Shown here in pieces: positions 1 to 11,495 of a stretch of DNA of 33,271 nt. Below the pieces are notes generated by a model, which was not told the origin of the DNA, did not search any database, and worked only from the letters and a program-made list of their open reading frames with translations. How positions within the stretch are numbered: the stretch's first letter is position 1; every line of letters starts with the position of its first letter. The position numbers were made by a program, and so were the translations under genes. The stretch is from Chiloscyllium plagiosum (taxonomy: Eukaryota). The stretch is from contig NC_057718.1 in the NCBI RefSeq assembly GCF_004010195.1, positions 44,532,005 to 44,565,275 of the forward strand, in the 5' to 3' direction.

Positions 1-103
1 AGTTCGTTAGATGGGTTGGTGTTTGTCCAATGTGTGCAGGAGGGTTTTCTGACACAATATGTAGATAGGCCAACAAGAGGTGAGGCCATACTGGATTTGG
101 TTC
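1..103 (+). mobile_element. CR1 LINE ORF2 endonuclease fragment, left arm of a fold-back inverted repeat (continues off-window)
   Basis: Encodes FVQCVQEGFLTQYVDRPTRGEAILDLV, the typical CR1 APE C-terminal motif. Reverse complement of 112-214 with 4 transitions. Confidence 0.9.
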
Positions 104-294
104 GTTACCCAGAACCAAATCCAGTATGGCCTCACCTCTTGTTGGCCTGTCTACATATTGTGTCAGGAAACCCTCCTGCACACATTGGACAAACACCGAC
201 CCATCTAACGAATTCGAGCTATAGCTTTCCCAGTCAATATCAGGAAAGTTAAAGTCCCCTATAACAACCATCCTATTACTTTCACTCTTCTCCT
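104..294 (-). mobile_element. CR1 LINE ORF2 endonuclease fragment (right arm)
   Basis: Minus strand reads EKSESNRMVVIGDFNFPDIDWESYSSNSLDGSVFVQCVQEGFLTQYVDRPTRGEAILDLVLGN, with the GDFN APE motif and no stops. Confidence 0.9.
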
Positions 295-358
295 CTCCTG
301 CGCGCTTTTATAGGAAAAATAACCTACTCAGGTAAGCTTGCGCTACACCAGCTTCCGA

Positions 359-773
359 CTGCCCCTCTGGTCGTCGTCACTTCCCACTGCGGCTCCCGCT
401 CTTTCTGTGAAGAGAAAACAAAACACCGCTGCCCGCTACCGGTAAGTAATTTTAAAACAAACTGTCTCACCTTAGCTGTAGCCTTCCGGGTTCGTTTAAA
501 CTCAGCTGCTGCTCGCACTCAAAATGACCGTTGGCGTCGAAGGGTGAGTATTTATACTCACTGCTTTCCTTCCCGGCTGCCCCTCTAGTGGTCGTCACTT
601 CCCCCTGCGGCTCCCGCACTTTCTGTGAAGAGAAAACAAAACACCGCTGCCCGCTACCGGTAAGTAATTTTAAAACAAACTGTCTCATCTTAGCTGTAGC
701 CTTCCGGGTTCGTTTAAACTCAGCTGCTGCTCGCACTCAAAATGACCGTTGGCGTCGAAGGGTGAGTATTTAT
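359..773. repeat. Tandem duplication, period 218 bp (359-555 vs 577-773), CpG-rich; probable CR1 5'-UTR monomers on the minus strand
   Basis: 5 substitutions in 197 aligned bp. Duplicated ORFs start at 518 and 736. Lies 5' of the minus-strand endonuclease fragment. Confidence 0.9.
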
Positions 774-1040
774 TAGAGGGGATCAATTTAGAACAGAAAT
801 GTGGAGACATTTCTTCAGCCAAGAGTAGTGGGCCTGTAGAATTCATTGCCATGGAGCACGGTGTTAAATGTCTCCAAGGCAGAGATTGATAAATTTTTGA
901 TCACTCAAGGAATTGAGGGATATGGGGAGAACACAGGTAAGTGGAGTTGAAATGCCCATCAGCCATGATTAAATGGTGGAGTGGACTCGATAGGCTGAAT
1001 GGTCTTACATCCACTCCTATGTCTTATGATCTTATGGTCT
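774..1040 (+). mobile_element. CR1 LINE 3' end (old)
   Basis: RT C-terminal-like ttcttcagccaagagtagtg...aaggcagagattgataaatttttg, then the CR1 3' UTR ending in the (TCTTATG)n-like tail tcttatgatcttatgg. Confidence 0.85.
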
Positions 1041-1639
1041 CTCAAAATTAATTTCCTCTTAGGCAATAAATTGGACACCTGTGGGCCTTTCACAGGATCA
1101 AGGACCCTAAGGGTGGAAGTCCAGTCCATCCAGAGCAACGGGTCATTCAGCACCAGGCAACTCTATTGAATAGCAGTGTCACTGAGGTGCCAATGGCTGT
1201 TGCCCTACCTAAGGCCCTACCATCACGTGAGTGGAGTTGAGAGATGGGCAGGGGAAGAAGAGGGGGAGAGGGGAGGAAGGTATTCAGCAGCAAGGGCAAT
1301 GAGGTAACTTTCAAGAGGGTCCCTTTCTCATGCCAGTTCATCAATGAGACAATGCCTTTTAAATGTGGACTTCTTCCCCTAAGTAAATTTTATTATTGTA
1401 GATTTTAAGGAAAGTTGTGTCATTGGTTGGGATCAATAGGATTGCTGGAAGCTAAGCTGTAGGTAATTTTATCTTTTATAAATCATCTTCTATCTTTGAG
1501 GCTTACCACAGAACCACACAGCGGACTGTTGCCATGTGAACTTTTACATCACTGATGATGTAGACTAGTTATTTATTTGACATTAACCTCTGTCCTCATC
1601 ACTGGCTCACAAAGGTAACTGGACTTTTTAAACCGGTCC

Positions 1640-2190
1640 GTGAAGCAAAAGAAAATACATCCTTACAAAACACTGGTTCAGTCTCAATTGGAATATTGCG
1701 ACCTATTCCAGACACCTTAACTTAGGAAGAATGTGAAGCTAATAGACTTCAGAAAAAAAATCTTGATAATGGTTTGATGGAAGAGCAATGTGGATAGATT
1801 GAAAACACTGGGGCTGTTTATCATGGAGGAATGAGAATTAAGTGGACATTTGATAGAAGTCTTTAAAATCTAGAATCAGGACAGAGTAAATAGGGGGAAA
1901 TTATTTCCATTGGCAGCAAGTTTGAAAACTAGGAGAAGCTGATTTAAGGTGATTGTCTAATAGAAACAACAGCGACATGGGTGTAAGTATCCCTTGTAAC
2001 TAATGGGTGGTTAAGATCTGGAATGCACTGATTGGAAATGTGATGAATGTAGACTCCATCAAGGCAATTAAAACTGATATAGATACTGATCTGTAGTGGA
2101 AGAAAATGGCAGATCAACACAAAAAAGGCAGGAGAGTGAGACAAGGTAAGGTGTTCCTGCAGACAGTCAATACTTCTATGTTATATCCAT
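1640..2190 (+). mobile_element. Decayed CR1 LINE 3' fragment
   Basis: Decayed YKTLV.QLEYC, LGLF.ME..LSGHLIEVFKI and WLRSGMH (CR1 VV.IWN.L) remnants. Confidence 0.7.
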
Positions 2191-2199
2191 TACAATGCA

Positions 2200-2777
2200 T
2201 GTCACCTGTTCCAATGTGGAAAATTGAATCTTCTCCATCACTTCTCAAATTTCTTTTGAATCATATCTGCATGTTCTATTCCCTGACACCAGCTATGCAG
2301 TAAAATCTTCATAACTCTCAATCTTAACAGCAGAGAATGCTATCTATCCCTCAAATTATTGAATTCTCCTTCTCCTTTAGAAAGCCTTCCATTGTGTAGT
2401 GTCTTGGTTTGCAATGTGGCAGTCCTCCTTCTCCTTATTCTGGAGGGTATTAAGTACATTGAGCCTGTTATACAGTACCAGTATCTGCGGGATCTCGTCC
2501 TCTATCTTTCCAGGTTCCACTCTGTGCTGATGACTGATAGTCATACTCTCATCTTGCTTTCCTCTGTAAGATGGCTGTATTTGGCAAGTAACTATCTAGA
2601 TGCACCACATTTCCTTATGTGTTAGGCTATCTCTTATCTGCATATAATTCAAGAACTGTAAGCTACTCTTCCTCATCAAGGAAAATGTTTCTTGCTGATG
2701 AGGCAATCTAGGACATCCTCACAGACCACAAACACTGACATCATGTCATAGAACTGACATACAGCCTGCACTGCCAT
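2200..2777 (-). mobile_element. Possible decayed CR1 ORF1/5' region
   Basis: Minus ATG at 2777 reads MAVQAVCQFYDMMSVFVVCEDVLDCLISKKH, resembling the Cys-containing N-terminus of CR1 ORF1. Heavily mutated, and the left boundary is approximate. Confidence 0.3.
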
Positions 2778-3204
2778 TTCTTTGTTTAATTTCCTTATTT
2801 GTTTGCAAAACTTTATTCCAGCTATAATAGAATAATTTGTGATATAAATTATATTTGGTTGGTGAATTTCTATTGTCTAAAATAGTTTGTAAGTATTTAG
2901 TCTTGCCTTTGTTTATTAACTTCTTTTGTTTCATAACCTCCCATTAATTAATTAGTCCGGCAACAATTATGCTTATTGCAGTTTGGATTCTTTTATTATT
3001 AACGTGCTTTATTTTACTAGTTCATTTTCATGTTGTCTCCTGAGATCTAATTAATAACTTTGTTTATTCATCTATTTCTTTATTGTTAGACCTTGGTTGA
3101 AATTATCTAGCACTGAACTCCTACTCTCATCTGTTATGCTAGCTTTTATGTTAAGCAGACTCTTTCACCCTATTCACAGTTATTTTTCTTTCTATGCCTA
3201 TCCT

Positions 3205-4555
3205 TCACAGAATCACAAAAATATTATGGTGCAGAAGGAGGCCATTTGCCCCATTGTGTCTGCACTGGCTTTCCAAATGAGCATTCATACTGAGTACCAT
3301 TCTGCTGCCTTTTCTTCATACTATTGTACATTGTTTCAATTTAAGTAATCATCCAATGGCCTCTTGAATACATCAATTGAATCTGCCTTCACCACCCAGG
3401 CAGTGTATTCTGAATGTGAGCAATTTTTGAGAAAAAGATTTTTCTAGCCTTCTTGAGAGCACTTGACAACAGTGCTCTCTTGTTCTTGATCCTTTTACAA
3501 GAAACAAGAGTTTCTCCCTCCTTATTCAATTTAATCCCCTCATAATTTTGAAAATTTTGTCAGATCTCCTCTTAGCCTTCTTCTCTCCAAAGAGAACAGC
3601 CAGAACTTATCCAAAGTTTCGTCACAACTGATATTTTCATCCTGGAACCATTCTTGTAAATTTCTTTTCCGCTTTCTCAAGTACATTCACATTCTTCTAT
3701 AGTGTAGCACCCTATACTACACTATACTACACAGAATTGTACATAAAGCTCATGTTGAGGTGCAACAAATGTTCAAAAATGCAAGTTCAAAAGTATCTTT
3801 TTGCTCTTGTACTCTATGCCCTATTAATGAAGCAGAATACTATATGCTTTTGTAACACCACTTCTACTGCCAGGTTTAATGATCTGTGCATTTTTACATT
3901 CAGGTTTTATTGCACCTGCTCCACTTTTTGCGTTGTACCCCTTACTTTATATTGTTTTATTGATATTCCTACCAAATACATCATTTTACACGACTCCATA
4001 TTTAACTTCATCTGCCACCTAGCCACCATTTCGACTTACTTGTCTATGTTCTTTGAGTTTTATATCCTGTTTCTCAAATTTTGATATATTACCAAGTTTT
4101 GTATCATTTGCAAAATTTGAAATTGACCTTTGTACTCCAAGATTTAGATTATTAATATATATCAGGAATAGTAAGGGGTCCCAATGCTGATCACTTGGGA
4201 ACACTTTACTCTTCATCTAGCCCAAGATTATCCATTGCCCATTAATTGTTTTTGTTTCCTAACACTGAGCCAATTTTGTATCCACATTGTTATTGTCCCT
4301 TATATTCCATGAGCTATATCTTTTCTTACAAGTCTAATGTGTGGCTCTGTATCAAACCCCTTCTGGAAATTCATGTACACATTAACAGCATTACTCTCAT
4401 TGACTCTAACTGTTATCTTTTCAAAAATCTCTAGCAAGCTAGTTAAACATAATTTGCCCTTCAGAAGTCCACGTTTGACCTTCCCAATCAACCCAATATT
4501 TAGCATATGTTGACTAGTTCTATCTCAGTTAATTGTTCATAGGAGTTTTCTAATA
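3205..4555 (-). mobile_element. CR1 LINE, RT domain to 3' end (pseudogenised)
   Basis: ORFs 4300-4506 (GKLCLTSLLEIFE..VYMNFQKGFDTEPHIRL) and 4019-4216 (PLLFLIYINNL..FANDTKLG) match CR1 RT motifs. The 3' UTR starts near 3205. Confidence 0.9.
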
Positions 4556-4857
4556 TTAGCTGGGATTGCATTAGTGTGAAAGGATTAAATGGTATGGATT
4601 TTTTAAAGTGTGCCCAAGAGAGCTTTTTGTGCCAATACATAGGTAGTCCCGCTAGAGATGGGGCAGTACTAGACTTAATCCTAGGGAATGAAGTCAGTCA
4701 AGTAATTGAACTTTCAGTGGGTGAGCATTTTGGAGATAGTGACTGTAACTCTAAGTTTCAAAATCATTATAAAAAGGGATAAGGACAGTGCAGAAATTAA
4801 TGTCTAAACTGGGAAGCCCAATTTTAAAATCATTAGACAGGATCTGACAAGCATAAA

Positions 4858-4964
4858 AACCGAAAGAACTGTGGATGCTGTAAATCAGAAACAAAGACAT
4901 AAATTGCTAGAAAAGCTCATGCTGCCAGATCTGCTGAGCTTTTCCAGCAATTTCTGTTTTTGCT
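4858..4964. mobile_element. Short PLE-type terminal-repeat insert with internal inverted repeat
   Basis: Flanked by tctgacaagcataaa (4843-4857) and tctgacaaacataaa (4965-4979). Inverted arms aaattgctagaaaagctca (4901-4919) / tgagcttttccagcaattt (4935-4953). Shares gatgctg and cttttccagca motifs with the hammerhead-bearing inserts. Confidence 0.65.
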
Positions 4965-5659
4965 TCTGACAAACATAAATTGAGAGCAATTACTTGCAGG
5001 TAAGTCCAGATGTGGAAAAGGGAAGTTTTGTTTTAAAATGTAGTACATTGAGAATTCAGGTCCAGAGTGTTCCCCTAAGAATAAAGGGTAGGACACCACA
5101 TCCAGGGAACCCTGGATGTGAAGGGATATCAAGAGTTTGATGAACAAAAAGAAGGAAGCATATGTTAAGTACAAGGCATCAAAATCAGGGGAGCCCCTTC
5201 AGAAATATAGAGAGTGTAAGGGGTTGCTTAAAAAAGAAATTAAGAGCAGGAAGAAGGGCCACAAAATATCTTTGGCAGATAGGATTAAGGAAAAGCCCAG
5301 GTCATTTATATGTGTATTAAGAGCAAGAGGATTATCAAGAAAGAGTAGGGCCAATGAGCAACTTAAGGAGCAATCTGTGCATGGAGTCAGCGGAGGTAGA
5401 TGAGGTCTTAAATATATATTTCACACTTGTATTCACAAAGAAGAAAGATGTTGTAGCTGGAGATTTCAATTGAATTGTTGAGGTTCTAGAGGATGTTAAG
5501 TTTAGTAAGGAAGAAGTATGAGATATTTTAATGGGAATAATGTGAATAAATCCCAAGGCCCTGATGAGCTGTACTCTGGGCTGCCAAGGGAGGCAAGGGA
5601 GGAGATTGCTAGGGCCCTGGCAGATATGTTTAATAGTTTGCTGGTCAGAGGTGATGTGT

Positions 5660-6108
5660 TGGAAGGTTTGAGCTACGGGGAGAGGCTGAATAGGCTGGAA
5701 CTGTTTTCCCTGGAGCATTGGAGGCTGAGGGGTGACTTTACAGAGGTTTATAAAATCATGAGGGGCATGGATAGGGTAAATAGAGAAGGTCTTTTCCCTG
5801 GGATGGAAAGTCCAGAACTAGAGGCCATAGGTTTATGATGAGAGGGGAAAAATTTAGAAGGACTTAAGGGGCAACTTTTTTCACGCAGAGGGTGATGTAT
5901 GTCTGGAATGAGCTGCCAGAGCACATGCTGGAGGTTGGTACAATTACAGCATTTAAAAGGCATCTGGATGCAGATATGAATAGGAAGGGTTTAGAGGAAT
6001 ATGGGCAAATACTGGAAAATAGGACTAGATTAATTTAGCATATCTGGTCGGCATGGATGTGTTCAACCAAAGGGACTGTTGCCATGCTATGCATCTCTAT
6101 GACTCTAA
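5660..6108 (+). mobile_element. CR1 3' fragment nested in the older CR1
   Basis: LSYGERLNRLELFSLEHWRLRGDFTEVYKIMRGMDRV, then the 3' tail ctctatgactcta. Host frame ..LVRGDV|SGDWRQ resumes. GTGT on both sides (5656-5659, 6109-6112). Confidence 0.9.
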
Positions 6109-6961
6109 GTGTCAGGTGACTGGAGACAAAGTAATGCAGTTCCTTTGTTCAAGAAGGGCAGCAGGGAGAGGCCAGGAAGTTACAGACCAGTTAGTCTGAC
6201 ATCAATGGTAGGGAAATTATTGGAAAAATTTCTAAGGGACTGGATTAATCAACAGTTCGAAAGACAGGGATTGATCATGGATTATCATCACAGATTTGTT
6301 GGGGGGATGTTATGTCTGAGTAATTTAATGGAGTATATTGAAAAGGTGACTAAATATGTTGATGAAGATAGGACAGTTGATGTGGTTTACCTGGACTTTC
6401 AGTAAGTCCTTTGAAAGGTCCCATATGGAATGTAATAGCTCATGGGATCCAAGGCAAGTTGGCAAACTGGATCCAAAATTGGCTTGCAAATAGGAGGCAA
6501 AGGGTAACAGTGGAGGGTTGGTTTTGTGCTTAGAAGCCAATATCCAGCAGTGTACCATAGGAATCAGTGCTGAGCACCTTGCTGTTTGCTATGTACATCA
6601 ATAACTTTGTCATGAATGTAGAAAGTGTAATTAGTAAGTTTGCAGATGACCCAAAATTTGGTGTTATTGATAGTGAGGAGGCCAGTCTCGAGCGACAATT
6701 TGAGACTGATCAGCTGGTAAATGTTGCGTAGTAATGCAGATGGAATGTAATGCTGACAAGAATGAGGTGATGCATTTTGGGATGTCTACTGAGGGAATGG
6801 TAGGGCCCTAGGGAGAACTGAGGAAAAAAGAGACCAAGTCCACAGATTCCTGAAAGTGTCAGCACATGTAGACAATGGTGTACACAAATATCTGAGGTGA
6901 ATTGTACATAGCCAAATTTAATGAATGATCAATGCCATTGGATGCACTGACTGGTACAATG

Positions 6962-7080
6962 AAATGAAGCCTGAGGAAGGGCAACACCCGAAATGTCGAC
7001 TTCACCACAGCTGCTTGCTGTGTTCTCCCAGCCTCCTGCTCATCTACCTTGGATTCCAGCATCTGCAATTTTTTTTTAAT
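6962..7080 (+). mobile_element. Short PLE-derived element carrying a hammerhead motif
   Basis: Same layout as the other inserts: core, gctgtgttctcccagc, then the ccagcatctgca terminus. No TSD found. Confidence 0.7.
6965..7004 (+). ncRNA. Minimal type-I hammerhead ribozyme motif
   Basis: tgaagc-CTGAGGA(6971-6977)-a-GGG caaca CCC-GAAA-tg-TC(6997)-gacttca. Stem I is tgaag(c)/g(a)cttca with one bulge. Confidence 0.7.
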
Positions 7081-8145
7081 CTTTAACCAGTTTTAACCAC
7101 TTTGCTGATAACAAAATATAGTTTGGGCATACACATGGAAGTGAAGTACAGATTAAAAGATCATAACCAATATGTAAAAAAAACTGTACATTTTTTGACC
7201 ATAATGAAAACAAAACTATATTCGACGTAAAATTATTCAATTTTCGGGGTCAGAAAAATTATGTATATTAAATCATGAACTTAATATGTTATTGAAAGCT
7301 CAGCTACATCTCATTAAATAGAGTATAAGTTTTCCAAGGATATTTGCTGTGTGACTAATTGCATAAAAATGGAAGTTCACATCATTTAAGTGAACTCAGA
7401 GATTTTTATTTGCTCCCTGTGGAGGACCAGGAAATCACTGACTAAAATAAAATTAAAATAGTAATATGTGCTATCTAAAGCAATGTTATCAGAAAAACTA
7501 TACAAAAATCTATTGATTTTAATGTATTGCTAAGGGTTATGTATACAAGAAGTCGTGAAGTTCTGTGTTTATACAAATTGAAAAGTCAGGGACTAGAGGG
7601 GAGTACAATATTGAAAGTTAGATGTGTCAAAAAGGGAATTGGAGCAGGATTAGAAACTGGTAAACAGAGATTGGTGAAGATGTTAGGCAGAATATGGAAA
7701 CAGTAAATTGAAAAATAGGAGAGAAATTCAAAGAAAATGAGAAATGGGTTTTGTAAAATAATATAATTAATTTATGCTACCTAAGTGGCAATTTAACTGC
7801 TTGTTATTTGTGATTAGAGAAATCTTGTCAATTCATTTATTTTTGCCAATTTTCTTTTGCTACCTTGTACTTTTGTGCATCTGAATGGAAATCCCTGTAG
7901 CTGCCCAAATTAATCTATGCCCATTAAAATCACTACATCTGGGAATTTCTTCCGTAAAAAATGCATATACTTTAGAAACTTTATAAATTAATGTGTATCT
8001 GGTTCTTCTGAACTTAACCATTTATTATCTTGTTGAACTTGTCAAATAATAAATGCCAAAAGTGCTACATCATTACATAGAAAATTAAAATAGAAATTTT
8101 ATTCAGTAGAAAAGTTTAAACTGAAAGGGGGCATCACCCAGTATG

Positions 8146-8515
8146 AGGAGGTGCTAGACTGGTGCTGATGTCACTGGACTAATATTTCAGGCACCCAGAG
8201 CAATGTTCTGAGTACGTGGGTTAAAATCCCACCCTCAGCACTTGGTGACATTTGAATTCAATAAAATCTGGAGTAAAGAACACATCTAACAATGATCATG
8301 GAACCAAAGATGATTGTCATTCAAAAAAATCTAATTTATTAATGTCCTTTAGGGAAGGACATCTGCAGCCTGGCCTATATGTGACTCCAGACCCACAGCA
8401 ATGTTGTTGATTCTTGACTGCCTCTGAAATGGCCTGGAGGGCTAAGGTATTCAGGGGGAACTAGAAATGCTGGCCTTACAGGTGATGCCCATATCCACTA
8501 GAAGAGCTTTTTAAA
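8146..8515 (+). mobile_element. tRNA-derived SINE (shark type) with LINE-derived tail
   Basis: Decayed tRNA head with B-box-like gggttaaaatccc near 8218. Tail aaatgctggccttacaggtgatgcccatatcc is homologous to the LINE 3' end at 14760-14830(-) and 31745-31790(+). Confidence 0.75.
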
Positions 8516-9124
8516 ATACAGTTCACTCCACACCTGTACATTCCATGAAGTTCCTTGGTATGTTTTGTTCATTGTGAATATACCTTGAAATTGTTAATTG
8601 TTGTCAATATTCATATCTTGCAGTGCTTGATACTTTTTCTGGTTAGTATAATAAAGAAATATCAATCCTCCAAACATTGACATCCTCAATATTGATTAAA
8701 AAAATGTATATTTAAAAGAATAATAATGCAATAATAAAATGAATTAGGATTCAATTCCTTTCAACAATTGAGATGGAAGATATGTGAGATTCCATTTTAT
8801 TACATTTTCCAGTCACCACATGTACTCCTGATAAACATCTTTGATTTAGATTCCAATATATATTGAACTTTCTTTCTTAATTCCATGACCTTAATTATAA
8901 AATAATAATCATTAATAACCCTGTCTCCTCTACAGCTTTTGCTGACGTTGTTGGCCTTTTCAAAAACAGACGCTTAATAGTGTTGAATCACCAGATAGGG
9001 AAATTAAAATACTGCTCTCTATTTTATTGTCATTAAGTGAACTAGAGACAAAGGATAGATTCATTTAGGATTTTTGACACTGAAATAAATTCGAAGCAAA
9101 ATTAACCATTTATAAATACTTTTA

Positions 9125-9222
9125 CTCAACATGTTATGACATATCTTGGGAGCAGGCTGAACTTGAAGCAAGGCCTTCTGGTTCAGAGATAGAGTCATTA
9201 TCACTGCACAACATGAGGCCTC
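9125..9222 (-). mobile_element. Short decayed tRNA-SINE head
   Basis: Minus strand ggaggcctcatgttgtgcagtgataatgactctatctctgaaccagaaggccttgcttcaagttcagcc has A-box/B-box-like spacing. Confidence 0.55.
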
Positions 9223-9860
9223 CAAGCAACCATTTCTAAATTGATTGTTACAGCCTACTGGGCGAATAGTGTGCCATTACTGATTAACTGTATACCTATT
9301 TATTTGACTTTCGGACCAAGGTTGTGAGAAATCACAGACAGGTTTCTACACTAAACAAGAATAATTATTAATTAAAGTAATTCGACTCTGGCTACAAGTA
9401 TAAACCATTGGCAAAGAAGATTACTAACTAAAACGCCAATCCTGTATAAGTTCCCCTTTACACACATGCAGACAAAATAGGGAAAATAGATAATTGGTGG
9501 AGGTAGGAAAAACTGGAAAGCCTTTGTTTCCTGATTCTGGTGTTGATCTTCTTCAGCAACCAGATCTTTACTGCTCAGATATCTTTCTTTGGTCTGTGAC
9601 AAATACAGAAAAAGTGATCCACTTGGAAAATGTCTCTGATTTATCAACTCAAAGGTCTCAGCTCATAGCAACTTCTGCAGGAAAGATAACTGGATCTCAT
9701 CGAGTTCAAGCTGACTTTTTTACTACAGAGAACAGGCAACTTCTCTGCAAGGAACAACAGAATATCCTTCAGAGTTTTTCCTAGCATATGTGTCTGTGCC
9801 TCTTTAATTTGTTTCCAGTTCCAATCTGCTCAGCTAACTGAGCACCAATCAACTTCACTC

Positions 9861-11495
9861 GGGGGACTTGGGAAAATAAATAGTGATATCTTGAAAAGTG
9901 TCCATATTACAATAGAGGAAGTGCTGAATGTCTTAAAACACATATAGGTAGATAAATCCCTGGGAACTGATCAGGTGTATTCCAGAACTTTCTGGGAAGC
10001 TATGGAAGTGATTATTGGGCCCTGTGCTGAGATATTTGTATCATCAACAGCCACAGATGAGGTGCTGGAGGGTTGAAGGTGGGCTAATGTGGTGCCATTA
10101 TTTTAAAAAGGTGGTAAAGAAAAGGCAGGGAACTACAGACTAATGAATCTGATGTCAATGGTGGGTAAGTTGATGGAGTGGATTCTGACAGATAGGATTT
10201 ACAGGCATTTGGAAAGGCAGGGACTGGTTAGAGATAGTCTTCATGGCTTTGAGCATAGGAAATAATGTCTTACTAACTTGATTGAATTTTTTGAATAGGT
10301 GACAAAGATGATTGATGAAGGCAGAGAGGTAGACGTTGCCTACATGGATTTCAGCAAGATGTTTGACAAGGTTCCACAGGGTAGAATAGTTAACAAAGTT
10401 AGATTACATGGAATCTAGGGAGACCTAGCCAGTTGGATACAAAGTTGGCTTGAAGGTAGGAGGTAGAGGATGGTGGTGGAGGGTTGCTTTTCAGACTGGA
10501 GGCCTGTGACCAGCGGTGTGCAACAAGGATTGGTGCAGGGTCCACTGCTTTTTGTCAATTAAATAAATGATTTAGATGTGAATATAGGAGGTATAGTTAG
10601 TAAGTTTGTAGATTACACCAAAATTGAAGGTGTAATGGACAGTGAAGAAAGTTAATTCAGAGTACACTGGGACCTTCATCAGATAGACCAATGGGCCAAG
10701 GAATGACAGATGGAGTTTACATTAGATAAATGTGAGGTGATGTATTTTGGTAAGGCAAATCAGGGCAGGACTTACACAATTAAATCCTGGGGAATGTTGC
10801 TGAATAAAGCAACTGAGCAGTGCACTTGCGTAGTTCCGTGAAAGTGGAGTCTCAGGTAGACCAGATGGTGAAAAAGGCATTTGACACGATTGTTTTGAAT
10901 GGTCAATGCACCTCAGGAGTTGGGACATCATGTTGTGGCTGCACAGGACACTTTTAGAATACTGCATACAACTCTGGTCACCCTTCCATAGGAAAGATGT
11001 TGTTAAACTTGAGATGTTCCAGAAAAGATGTACAAGGATGTTACTGGCACTGAAGGGTTTGAATTAATAGGGAGATGCTGAATAGGCTGGGGCTTTTTAC
11101 ACTGGAGCACCGGAGGCTGAGTTGTGACCTCATAGTGGTTTATAAAATCATGGGGGACATGGAAAGGATGAATAGTGAAGGTCTTTTTCCTAAGATAAGG
11201 GAGTCCAAAACTAGAGGGTATAGGTTTAAGGGGAGAAGGGAAAGATTTAAAAAGCACCTGAGGGGTAACGTTTTAATATAGAGGATGGTGCGTGTATGGA
11301 GCAAGCTGCCAGAGGAAGTAGTGGAGGTGGCTACAAGTACAATTTAAAAGTCATCTGGATGGGTATACGAATAAGAAGTGTTTAAAGGGATATGGGCCAA
11401 ATGTTAGGAAATGTGATTAGGTCAGACTAGTATGTCTGGTTGGTGCAGATGAGTGGGCTGAAAGAATCTGTTTCCGTGCTATATGATTCTGACTC
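9861..11495 (+). mobile_element. CR1 (HER1-like) LINE, 5'-truncated, RT to 3' end, pseudogenised
   Basis: DKS.G.DQVY, ANVVPLF.KG, LTNLIEFFE, VAYMDFSKMFDKVP and LNRLGLFTLEHRRL motifs. Tail ctgtttccgtgctatatgattct resembles the HE1 tail. Confidence 0.93.

Larger units (their letters stand above)
4556..6905 (+). mobile_element. CR1 LINE ORF2 (endonuclease to RT), pseudogenised, interrupted by inserts at 4858-4964 and 5660-6108
   Basis: CAQESFLCQY..RDGAVLDLILGNE..EHFGDSD, NKSQGPD, DWRQSNAVPLFKKG..YRPVSLTS..VDVVYLDFQ, and aagtttgcagatgac (KFADD) near 6636. Confidence 0.92.

Noticed and set aside
324..776. Duplicated 64/89-aa ORFs as a protein-coding gene pair
   Set aside because: They start at non-ATG codons, arise from the 218-bp duplication and have no recognisable domain.
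1045..1380. Possible non-autonomous DNA transposon remnants (also 30340-30700 and 20590-21760)
   Set aside because: Composition suggests old repeats, but I could not define TIRs, TSDs or coding motifs.
5518..5838. 106-aa novel RT-like ORF
   Set aside because: Chance in-frame fusion of the host CR1 with the nested CR1 3' fragment at 5660.
3205..6905. Single 5'-inverted CR1 (head-to-head at about 4555)
   Set aside because: Both sides contain the same RT region with clearly different sequences, so they are independent insertions.
7860..7970. Minus-strand VYAFFTEEIPRC.. as a semaphorin-like exon
   Set aside because: Only a 7-residue resemblance, downstream residues do not fit and splice sites are weak.
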